Source of the DNA: a virus
Taxonomy: Duplodnaviria > Caudoviricetes
Direction: 5' to 3' (one strand)
IMG/VR virus record: IMGVR_UViG_3300013296_000013
Span: 1 to 64,000 of that record
Length of the DNA stretch: 64,000 bases
In this document: positions 39,505-48,264 of the stretch, one piece after another
Layout: each line of letters opens with the position of its first letter
Numbering within the stretch: position 1 is the stretch's first letter
Notes under the pieces: generated by a model
Told to the model about the DNA's origin: nothing
Databases searched by the model: none
Seen by the model: the letters and a program-made list of their open reading frames with translations, nothing else
Position numbers and translations under genes: made by a program

Positions 39505-40638
39505 TTAATTGTTATTGTTTGGGAGATAGAAGTTGTTATATAGAACGCGTTCAGTATCACTCAGGTTAGTATGAATCGCCGAATAGTTCTCGATAGTAAT
39601 ATGATAACCATCGCCGCTGTCTTGGATGAAAGCGCCGCCACTGGCGTACGAATATCCGCGCGCATCGTCGCCATAAACTGTCGCAAAGTCTTCATCACTC
39701 GAATCGATCTCTTGACGTGATGCGACGAACTGTTCGAACGTAAGAACTCCTGGTTTCAGCGCTGGCTGAGGGGTGATCTCATCGACGCGAAGAGCGAACA
39801 TACGACCGAGATATTCGATCGTGATCGGAGCATTGAAATCCGAGAACGAGATGTGATCGATCACACTTCTAGGCTTTTTCATCTCAAGCCGAATAAGATC
39901 CATCACCCATTCGTATAGAGGGCAGTCTTGCATCATTTCACCTCAGCTATCATACACCACACGATAAAGATGATCGCCATGATGACCAAGAAGGGAATGC
40001 AAAAGATAAGGAACTGCATCGCTTCAGGCTGATGGCGACTCATCACGTGTACGTACCACGACTTGATGAGTCTTGGAGCGATGATGATCGCTCCACAGAA
40101 CCCAACGACTATAGCGACACGATATATAATTCGCCGAGGCGAATTGTGTTTGTTTCGGATGATCATATCAACCGATCCGAATAATATGGAGATCTCCGAT
40201 GTCGATCATCTCGACATCTACGAACTGTTCGATAATCTGCTGCTTGCGCCGGAGAGATCGATCCGTATTATGAATTCGCCCAGCTAGATCGCTGAACATC
40301 ATCTCGAGGAATTCCATCGATTGAATAGCTTCCTCAGTAGTCGAATGAGAGTGAACCATCATGCGCTCAAATAGCGTGACTACCATCTGAATGCTGCATC
40401 CGTCGCACATCGTCTTAGCGTCGCTTATCGAGATGCCGTTCTGTTTGGCGACCTCGGCGTACATCGTCTCGAGCATCGCATCGGCGATCCGAGCTTTCTC
40501 AGGCGACCGGTCGCCGAACCGAGCACCAGTAGCAGTGAGAATATGCATCTCGTCTTCACCGGGAGTGTGTTGGTTTGATATGCGTTGTGGGATGGTGGGT
40601 TCGCGATGTTCACTGCCGATGAAACGATGGTCATCCAT
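39505..40638 (-). CDS. Early operon: 40168-40638, 39933-40166 (two TM segments), 39505-39936
   Basis: Coupled ORFs after TTTACT-17-TATAGT (40690-40662) and a GGAGG RBS. Confidence 0.7.
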
Positions 40639-40710
40639 GTACTACCTCCATTTGTAGGTATACTATAACCCATGATGGGAATAAAGTAAACCTCTATTTT
40701 AGAGCTTACT

Positions 40711-41345
40711 TTATTGAACCGTCTTCGGTATCGGTGCGAGCTTTCTGCAGTGTTCGAACATGCGTGTTGCCACGAGCGGCGTGATGCCAGCATCAGTCTC
40801 GTCGGTCGTGATCGCAAAAAGCGCCGGGAGTGGTCCGATGGTGAAGATACCAATCATCTGCTCGTTGTCGAACGTTTGCAGTTCGTATCCGTCGTTATGC
40901 TTGAAGAACTGCTTGACCAACGGGAACATGTCGTCCAGCGAGTTCGGCCTGATCTCGCCGGTCCAGATGTCATTGCCGGTGCTGACGTTATAGAAGTGGA
41001 TGAACATCGGGCCAAGCGTAGTCGGCATGTTCGGATTCAGCTTGCTCATAACATCTCCAATCCATTTGAATAGTTTATTCTATCCACACCAAATGATTAG
41101 GATTCGGCGCTATAGAAATGGTTAAGCTTCTGAAAGACCATGACGATGTCGAACTCGTCGACCCACACCAGATCGTTCAGAACGAGATTAACAGGTTTGT
41201 CATCGTCGCCGGCGAGTTCGAACTCCATCGAACGCTTGATAATTCGGCTATCGAGCCCCTTGCGAGCGATCCGACCGAAGGCTTCAGCTTTCGTGAAGTC
41301 ACGAAAGCTCTTAGCTGTTCTCAGGCCTGTAAGAGTCGCTACCAT
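40711..41345 (-). CDS. Two early hypothetical proteins (41097-41345, 40711-41049)
   Basis: Clear RBSs; promoter 41403-41375. Confidence 0.7.
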
Positions 41346-41410
41346 CGAGTGTTCCCCTTTCCATTGATAGGATTATATTAACACGTCTAATAAGCATTGT
41401 AAACATTCGT

Positions 41411-41674
41411 TTACAGGTCAACATCCTTCCATGGTGTCCCATTAGCATCGATCGCTAATTCATGGAGATTGAGTTGTTCTCCAATCCATTGGACCATGTC
41501 GAGATGCTTGCACGGCCGTTTGTACGAGAGACAATTACAGCTCTTGCGCCCGGAGGTAAGCACCGTGTAGGTGACCTCGGGCGTCATCGAATAATAGTCC
41601 CATTTCGACACCTCGAACCAGTCGTACCGTATACGACGAAACGTATAGTAAGGCGCTGGAACAACGAGTTCCAC
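41411..41674 (-). CDS. SWIM-type zinc-finger protein
   Basis: YTV...SCNCLSYKRPCKHL (CxC...CxH). Confidence 0.75.
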   Translation of the reverse strand: MELVVPAPYYTFRRIRYDWFEVSKWDYYSMTPEVTYTVLTSGRKSCNCLSYKRPCKHLDMVQWIGEQLNLHELAIDANGTPWKDVDL

Positions 41675-44600
41675 CTATCTCGCTTTCGTCTTCTCGATAA
41701 TTGGATCGAGCATATTCGTCCATATATTAGCCATCATACCGGTCGATGGATGTGGCATGTTATTTTCTCGAGTATGCTTGAGAATAGCATGCACGATACC
41801 AGCTTCGGAAGCGGTCAGTTCAGTTGGCTGATGGAGTGGTTCGCGAAGTCTGATCGGCTCTTTGTTCTCGACCCAGAATTCATAGTCTCCTACGATGATG
41901 TGGCTACCATCCACGATCGCTAAAATCGTATCAGGGTCGATAGTTACGTCGGTGTCGAACAGCTCATCAAGATTGCCAAGACCGTGAATAAGCGATTCTT
42001 TGTTCGCGAATGGAATGACCATGTCGTCATTATCATCGTTGACCGGATCGCGAACCCAGAGAAGATAAACCATTGACAATCTCCTGTTGATGGTGTTAGT
42101 ATAACACGATCAGGTTAAAACGTCAACGGTCATCCACTCGGCGCAGATAATAGTAGTCGGTGCTTGGTCGATGATACTCGCCATGCTGACCGAGCCGCGC
42201 AACCATCTCCTTGATCGTGTCAGGTCTCATGTCGAACGATTCGATGTGTTTGATCGCCTCGTTCTTGGAGTCGAAGTGGATGATCGTCGGCAGCGACATA
42301 TCGGTGGTGATATGAATGAACACCCAGCGCTCGTTAGCGTCAAGTGGACCATCGGACTGAAGCGTACCGTCTTCATTATCGAACACTGCGACGCGACTGG
42401 ACATATAGACTCCCATGTAGTTCCAGCGATCGTAGACGACCACGATACCGGCATCACGCTGGTGGATTGATGGAGATGAACGAGCTACACCATCTTCACG
42501 GGAGAAGAACGCTACGATCGCTGCTTGACATTCTTCGGATGCATCGACCGCATTATTCTTAAAACCCTCATCGAGCCACAGTTGGTCTTCGAAATCGATC
42601 ATATGTTCTCCACAACCTTACATATCGTACATCAGGCCTGCATCATGTCAACGATCTGACCGGTGCTTCGATTGATGCAGCGAACTCTTCCCGTCGCGGA
42701 CAGCTTTACAGCGCGCTCCATCGACTGTTGACGGCCGACATCGGTGTTCTGACACTGAAATCGCGTCCCCCACCAGCCGCCCGAGCTCTGAACTTGAACA
42801 TCGAGCATCTCGCGCTTTCCATTCGGTTGATTAACAGAGCCGAGAAATGTGTTCCATCTCGGGAATCGCGACTTCATATCGCCCAAGCACCAAACGGTGA
42901 CCACGATAAGAAAGAGCATCAGTTTGAATGGAAAGAGAACGTACCGCATTTGCTTACTTCCTATTGATATAGTCAGTATACCACATTCAGTAGAAGATGT
43001 ATACTAACAAACCAATCACTAGGAGCAAGAGCGTTGGACTTACGTGAGATACGGCATCTCTTTCACGCTCCAGATATAGCCACCGACTGTCTGGGAGCCG
43101 CTGGTCTTGAGCATGAGTTCGTCGAGCTGAAAACCGAGTGTGTCGGCGACCTCGATGAGCTTCTTGATGACCTGGTCTGGGTCGAGGCCTCCGCCATGAA
43201 TGCTGCATTGATCGGTCCCGATGTCCTCGACTGCCGCGTAATAGATCGTCAACATATGGTAAGCCTACAGTTCGAGTATGTCCGTCATCTTGAATATCGC
43301 GCGGTCGACAGAGAACCGCTGGTAGATGAAGTGGAAGCCGTTCTTCCGGATCACGCCGACACCGCCGACGACCTTCGGATCCAGTTCGACCGTATCGATC
43401 AGCACGTCCTTGTTGTCGTACAGTTCGACATTGACGGTCTGGGTGTTCGTATCAGCCATTAGTCTTCTCCCTATAGGCCTTCACCTCGGCCTGGACCTCT
43501 TCGACGGTGGCGCCGGACTCCTGGATGTCAGCATCGTAGTCGAGCATGTCGACCGCGATCTCTTCGTCGCTCCAATCGAGAAAGTTCACTTCGTTCTCGA
43601 GAGCGTTACGGAATGCTTCCTCGACTAGTTCCTTGAGCGCCATGTTTCCCTTCATTTGATAGAGGTATCTTAATCCAGTGACCGGAAAATGTCAACGGCT
43701 ATTTTGGGCGCCAGCGCTCGAACTCCTCAAGGGCTTCCTCGCGGGTGAACGGCATTCCGGATCGCGGGTTGTTCGGACCGAGGTCTGGATTGCGATCGCG
43801 TTCCCAATGGCAGTCATCGTTCTGCCAGCACATGACTTTCCATCTGTCATGACCGTCTTTATGGACGACCATCTCGATGTGGTTGCCAGACATATCATCG
43901 AACTCGTACTGATCGGTGTACGTAGGCATTATGCGAACTTTATCTCGAGGGAGACCATATCATTCACCGGATCGAGACCGTCCGCCCACATCTTATTGAT
44001 GCATTCGGTGACAGCCTCACCCATAGCTTCGGACGGAAGATCGGTCGACATGACAGCGCTATGAAAGTACTTGTGTGCTTTCTGCCCGTGTATAGACGGC
44101 ATGATCGAAATGAGCGCGTTTGGTTGCTTGGCCATGCTCGGTCCTTCAGTTAAGCAGGAGATAGGTGATGATGACTTCATTCGGATCATCGCTATCGCGC
44201 TTGCATCCGATCAAGCAGACATCATTCGGTTTGAAGCCCATGCGCTCGAGTTCGGTCTCAGCTTCAGCGGCGGTCAGCTTGAGATCGCCAATCAGAGTGG
44301 ACGGCCCGATCTGACCAGACATATCGAACCGAAATTCGAGCTTCTTCAGGTTGATCTTCGGCTTGAACGACATGGTGTATCCTCCATTTGATAGGATGAT
44401 CTTATCACCATACAACAGAAACGTCAACCCTAAAATAAGGATTGACGTTTCATTCTGTTGGTAATAGAAGCTGTTGGTAGACGAGGTCTTCTAGCTCGTG
44501 GAGTCCTTCATCTCCATGTCGATATTCCATCTCGCCACCTATCGATGCGCAATAGAATGTCGGACCCATCTCTTCGATGTAACCAGAGAGTATTCCGTGT

Positions 44601-44716
44601 TCGTTAAAATAGATCAATCCCTTTGGAGTGACTTCTCCATCAGAGACTCCCAACATATCAGGAAGTTTGTCCGTGAACTGTCTCGTGCCACGCCAATCAT
44701 GGATGTTAAACGCCAC
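41675..44716 (-). CDS. Series of small early hypothetical proteins (41675-42079, 42123-42602, 42632-42949, 43040-43255, 43265-43459, 43452-43643, 43699-43929, 43929-44135, 44146-44373, 44450-44716)
   Basis: Co-oriented short ORFs with RBSs, interspersed with sigma70 promoters; no recognisable domains. Confidence 0.65.
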
Positions 44717-44777
44717 TCAACATACTCCCAGTTTTGGCCAGGATACTTCCCAACGATAGCACCCGGCTAAAGGTTGG

Positions 44778-44858
44778 TGTCGGTGACGATAAGTTTTGGA
44801 GGCTATCTCCACACGGTTCCGACCAGCGAAGAGAAAGGTTGACTTATCGCCACCGACA
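44778..44858 (-). ncRNA. Intergenic structured RNA element (17-bp stem)
   Basis: TGTCGGTGACGATAAGT (44778-94) / ACTTATCGCCACCGACA (44842-58); the single mismatch is a G-U pair only on the minus strand. Confidence 0.55.
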
Positions 44859-44867
44859 TAGGATCGA

Positions 44868-45422
44868 TCAGAGCGATCGATGTACGCTATTATTCGAATT
44901 ATGAAAACGTTCGATCACCGACTCGTGGTTCTTCGACGGATCGAGAGATTTATTCTTGAACTTACTCTTACCAGTCGACATTGGGATACGTTGGACTCTG
45001 TGGTGTTTCCCGTCGATCTCTACCATCTTGATAGGACGACTGTCTCGCGCGCTCATCTGCTACCATCTCCAAGTGGAATTACACTCTAAACCAAAAGCTA
45101 AGCCGTGTAAAGGGCTATTTTTTTGGATGAATTAAATTTTAGTTAACGACGGATAACATTATGCGAGTGGCTGTCTATATGAAAAGACGCTTTGAGGATT
45201 GGCTACAGTATAGACCGTGGAATTAATCGTCACGGTCTTAGCAACTCGATTAGTTGGCTCTTCGGAGATGTTCTCGAGCTTATTCAGCTGATCAAAGAAC
45301 ATATAGCCGTCGTTATCTTCAGGTTGGAAGTCTTGAATGAAGATTGATTCGTTGTTTGTTGTGTACGTCATCGTCCATACTAAACCGTCAGACATGCGCA
45401 TCACTGCTTTTTGTGAGTTCAT
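44868..45422 (-). CDS. Two hypothetical proteins (45159-45422, 44868-45056)
   Basis: ORF track; 44868-45056 has its own promoter (45111-45083) and RBS. Confidence 0.55.
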
Positions 45423-45437
45423 AGCTATTCATTATTT

Positions 45438-45625
45438 TGAGGAGGATGACGGGCCGTCGGCTGTGCGGGAAGAGATGTTAACCCCACCATGGGGATCTCT
45501 TCGAGCCGACGGCCCGTGACCGCCCCCTGGAAAAAGGGGAGAGAGGGCGGTGTTCGAAGGACAACGAGGGGCTAGATTGCGACCGCGATTGGAGATAGTA
45601 GAGGCAATCCAATGCTATCCTTCGA
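45438..45625 (-). ncRNA. Candidate three-hairpin small regulatory RNA with anti-Shine-Dalgarno loops
   Basis: Promoter TTGACA-17-TATAAG (45658-45630); stems 45554-61/45618-25, 45575-80/45604-09, 45519-25/45545-51, 45449-62/45504-17; G-U extensions only on the minus strand; no credible ORF. Confidence 0.72.
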
Positions 45626-45666
45626 GTACCTTATATAATAGACACTAGAAAATGTCAACTAATTTT

Positions 45667-45885
45667 TTAAGCTGTTGTTAATTCACGCAACGTAAAATTA
45701 TCTTGATGGATGACGTTGAGCTTAACGAGACGTAGATTTCCACCGTGCCAGTCACGAGTGAACACATCGTAGAGCATCTTAGCGTCTTCATCGGATCGCG
45801 CTCTAAATGGCTCAGCGATACGACTCTCCCAACCAGTGGGATGAACGTATTCTTGGATGTCGTATTTCAAACAACCCTTAGCCAT
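45667..45885 (-). CDS. Early hypothetical protein
   Basis: GGAGG RBS; promoter 45941-45913. Confidence 0.7.
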   Translation of the reverse strand: MAKGCLKYDIQEYVHPTGWESRIAEPFRARSDEDAKMLYDVFTRDWHGGNLRLVKLNVIHQDNFTLRELTTA

Positions 45886-45939
45886 TTAATGTTTACCTCC
45901 ATTCGTATGTTTGTTATAACACGTCAATGATGGAAGGTA

Positions 45940-45981
45940 AACAAATAAAAACGGCCGAGGATGATGAGTCCCCGGCCGTTT
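45940..45981 (-). terminator. Intrinsic terminator after the PEP-CTERM gene
   Basis: AAACGGCCG...CGGCCGTTT stem followed by a T-rich tract on the minus strand. Confidence 0.85.
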
Positions 45982-45998
45982 CTGTGATCTGTTCGCTG

Positions 45999-46523
45999 TT
46001 AGGAGAACGAGACCTGCTGTCGCCGGCTGCGCATCGAATAACCGATGCCAACGAACCCGATCATCATGAGAGACCAGGCCGCCGGTTCCGGAACCGCCGG
46101 AGTCGAATTGATCGTACCGGCATAGGCTGCCGTCACGTACGAGTGGCCGCTGATGAACAGGCTGTAGTTTCCCGCCGCAAAATGCACCGGGTTTCCGATC
46201 GAATCGATCAAAGACCAGACATCGGTCCAGCCGTTGAGGTGAGATTCGGTCGTGGTGTGCGTGAACGGAACGCCGCCGAGCGTGATGGATGAGAAGTCGA
46301 TATCACCCAGATGATTATTGCCCAGCAAGCTGATATTGATCACCGAGCTCGTGACTTCGGAATCAGAAAGAGCCACCGAATAGACATCGGTAAAATTACC
46401 ATTGCCGTGACCATTTCCAAAATATCCGACACCACCACCGGTGAGATCGATGTCTACGGCTGATGCCGGCGCAGCCATCATGGCTGCAGCGGCAAGAACA
46501 GCCATCGCAGTAATATTACGCAT
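45999..46523 (-). CDS. PEP-CTERM (PEPxxWA-type, FxDxF-like) exosortase-sorted surface protein
   Basis: Signal peptide MRNITAMAVLAAAAMMAAPASA; FTDVY motif; C-terminal VPEPAAWSLMMIGFVGIGYSMRSRR; GGAGG RBS. Confidence 0.93.
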   Translation of the reverse strand: MRNITAMAVLAAAAMMAAPASAVDIDLTGGGVGYFGNGHGNGNFTDVYSVALSDSEVTSSVINISLLGNNHLGDIDFSSITLGGVPFTHTTTESHLNGWTDVWSLIDSIGNPVHFAAGNYSLFISGHSYVTAAYAGTINSTPAVPEPAAWSLMMIGFVGIGYSMRSRRQQVSFS

Positions 46524-46646
46524 TAACGCCTCCATACCTTCCAATGGGTTGTACGCTACACTACAAATACAGGATGTTACTCAACCTGTATTATGAATAC
46601 AGTAACCCACTTGATCTAAAATGTCAACGGCAATTTTCAAACTACA

Positions 46647-47066
46647 TTATCTCAATCGTGTGAGTTGAAGATAACCGTATTTTCCTTCGGGATAATATCT
46701 CGTAAACACTTGATATTTTCCCTCAACGTTTGCTTTGTAGATCTTCCGACGGTGAGACTCGGCCTCGCTCTTGGTGCACCATATCAGATTGACATGAGCG
46801 AGCGGCTGGTCTCCAATGTAAGAGAGAATATCTTCCCCCTTCTGGAGCGTTATCTTGTGAAGGGTTTCTATGCCACTCTGAGGAGCCAGTTGGCCTTGGA
46901 CATGGTTACCCACCATACCGGTGAACCATGGCTCTCTGGTCTTCCGAGATGGACGGTTTTCTCGTTCAGCTTTCAGCTGTTGTAGGGGAGTCGGTTTTAG
47001 AACTCGCTTCCGAATCGGCCGAGAATCTTTACCAAACCGAACTCGCAATACGTTGGATCGTCCCAT
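46647..47066 (-). CDS. Basic early hypothetical protein
   Basis: TGGAG RBS; promoter 47122-47094. Confidence 0.7.
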   Translation of the reverse strand: MGRSNVLRVRFGKDSRPIRKRVLKPTPLQQLKAERENRPSRKTREPWFTGMVGNHVQGQLAPQSGIETLHKITLQKGEDILSYIGDQPLAHVNLIWCTKSEAESHRRKIYKANVEGKYQVFTRYYPEGKYGYLQLTRLR

Positions 47067-47108
47067 GTACTATCTCCAGATGTAGACATGTTCATATTAA
47101 TCCAGTGA

Positions 47109-47144
47109 CTAGAAAATGTCAAATACACCCTTGACATTTTCTAG
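47109..47144. repeat. Perfect 14-bp inverted repeat formed by back-to-back -35 boxes
   Basis: CTAGAAAATGTCAA-8 nt-TTGACATTTTCTAG. Confidence 0.92.
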
Positions 47145-47169
47145 GAAATGGTGTAGAATGCTTATGGGC

Positions 47170-47364
47170 TCAGTGATGTAAGAGCTTATTAAGCACTCTT
47201 TTATAGCCTGGCTGATAGACCGATTCTTTCTCGATGTAGAGGATCCATGGCATGCTGTTTGCGCTTACTCGTATGCTTAGTATGTTCCCATCACGCTCTA
47301 CACACGCTCCGGCGGCTTCCAGTCCAGCTATGGCTGTATCAGCATCGATACGATTCATAGCCAT
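47170..47364 (-). CDS. Hypothetical protein
   Basis: Start MAMNRID after a GGAG RBS; the longer ORF call runs through a terminator. Confidence 0.65.
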   Translation of the reverse strand: MAMNRIDADTAIAGLEAAGACVERDGNILSIRVSANSMPWILYIEKESVYQPGYKRVLNKLLHH

Positions 47365-47384
47365 CTTCTTCTCCATCAAAAGAA

Positions 47385-47423
47385 CAAACAAAATGGGGGA
47401 GACCGGTTTCCCAGCCTCCCCCA
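47385..47423 (-). terminator. Intrinsic terminator after 47447-48037
   Basis: TGGGGGAG...CTCCCCCA stem followed by TTTTGTTT on the minus strand. Confidence 0.85.
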
Positions 47424-47446
47424 CTTCGCCCCCAATGAACCGCGTA

Positions 47447-48022
47447 TTAGGCAGTCGCCGCCTCGGGCTTCGCAGCAGGTTCCTCGGGCTTGGCCGGCTC
47501 GATCCAGAGACCGGCCTGCTTCAGCACGTAGGGCAGCATCTTGTCCTTGGTGCCGATCGCCGGCTTTGCCTTCAGCTTCGCGTCGAGCAACTGCTCGAGG
47601 AAGGCGCGCCGCTGATCGTCGTTCTCGAGCGCCTGATAATTGACCGCGTCGTCGCCGACCAGGATGTGCATGCGGTCCATATCCCAGCTGACGTCCTTGC
47701 CGCGCACGCCGCGGTCATAGGCATCATTCAGTGTGGTGATCTGGCGGTGCGCGCCCTCGTCCTTCGACGGGTTGTAATAGTGCTCGAAGTGCTTGGGAGC
47801 GATCGAGCCGCGCTTCGGGTTCTTGACCGAAAGAACGAAGAGCGGCCGGATGACCGGCCCTTCAGCAGCGGGAGCAGCATCCGAGGTAGCAACGCCTTCG
47901 GGCATCAGCTTGTCGGCCGCGGCCGAACCGGAAACCGTGCTTGCGGCCTGGGTTTCGGCGGCCTTGCGGGCGCGCGAACCGGAACGGCTGGCACTCGGGA
48001 TATTTGCAACGGAAGCAGGCAT
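47447..48022 (-). CDS. Hypothetical early protein, 'NPK...GDDAV' family paralog B
   Basis: NPKRGSIAPKHFEHYY...GVRGKDVSWD..RMHILVGDDAV; start MPASV after a TTGGAG RBS; promoter 48114-48086. Confidence 0.8.
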   Translation of the reverse strand: MPASVANIPSASRSGSRARKAAETQAASTVSGSAAADKLMPEGVATSDAAPAAEGPVIRPLFVLSVKNPKRGSIAPKHFEHYYNPSKDEGAHRQITTLNDAYDRGVRGKDVSWDMDRMHILVGDDAVNYQALENDDQRRAFLEQLLDAKLKAKPAIGTKDKMLPYVLKQAGLWIEPAKPEEPAAKPEAATA

Positions 48023-48264
48023 GATAAAAATCTCCAACGATATGTTTCACCAAATCGGAGAGGATCCATCCTTCCCGATGAACCCTATGTAATACAGGTA
48101 TGCACCCTTGTAAATACCTTTTTCACCATTTTAATACGATAAAAATTATCCGTCATATCACGCCCTATAATATACACGCGTGCGGGAGATAAAATGTAGT
48201 TTACTTCGAATATTTTTTGTATTATAAGGTCTCACTGAGTGGGCAACTTTTGATTGGAGACAAA

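Larger units (their letters stand above)
36510..48114 (-). promoter_or_regulatory. Array of 17 sigma70-type early promoters
   Basis: TTGAC[A/G] or TTTAC[A/T/C] (one TATACA), exactly 17 bp, then a TA-starting -10 box. First base of each -35 at 36538, 37140, 38113, 38634, 39209, 39501, 40690, 41403, 42126, 43003, 43695, 44427, 45111, 45658, 45941, 46627, 47122; a further, weaker one at 48114. Confidence 0.88.

Noticed and set aside
45337-45519. 60-aa ORF over the hairpin region
   Set aside because: No RBS, it opposes the local promoter, and RNA structure explains the sequence better.
45438-45625. Plus-strand CsrB/RsmZ-like GGA sponge reading of the structured RNA
   Set aside because: Both the promoter and the G-U pairing asymmetry favour the minus strand.
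45955-45985. Hammerhead ribozyme (GATGAGTCC)
   Set aside because: It lacks the CUGAUGA core and downstream GAAA; a terminator hairpin explains it fully.
47252-48142. 296-aa plus-strand ORF and similar plus-strand ORFs across 36-47 kb
   Set aside because: They lie antisense to GC-rich minus-strand genes that have promoters, RBSs and paralog support.
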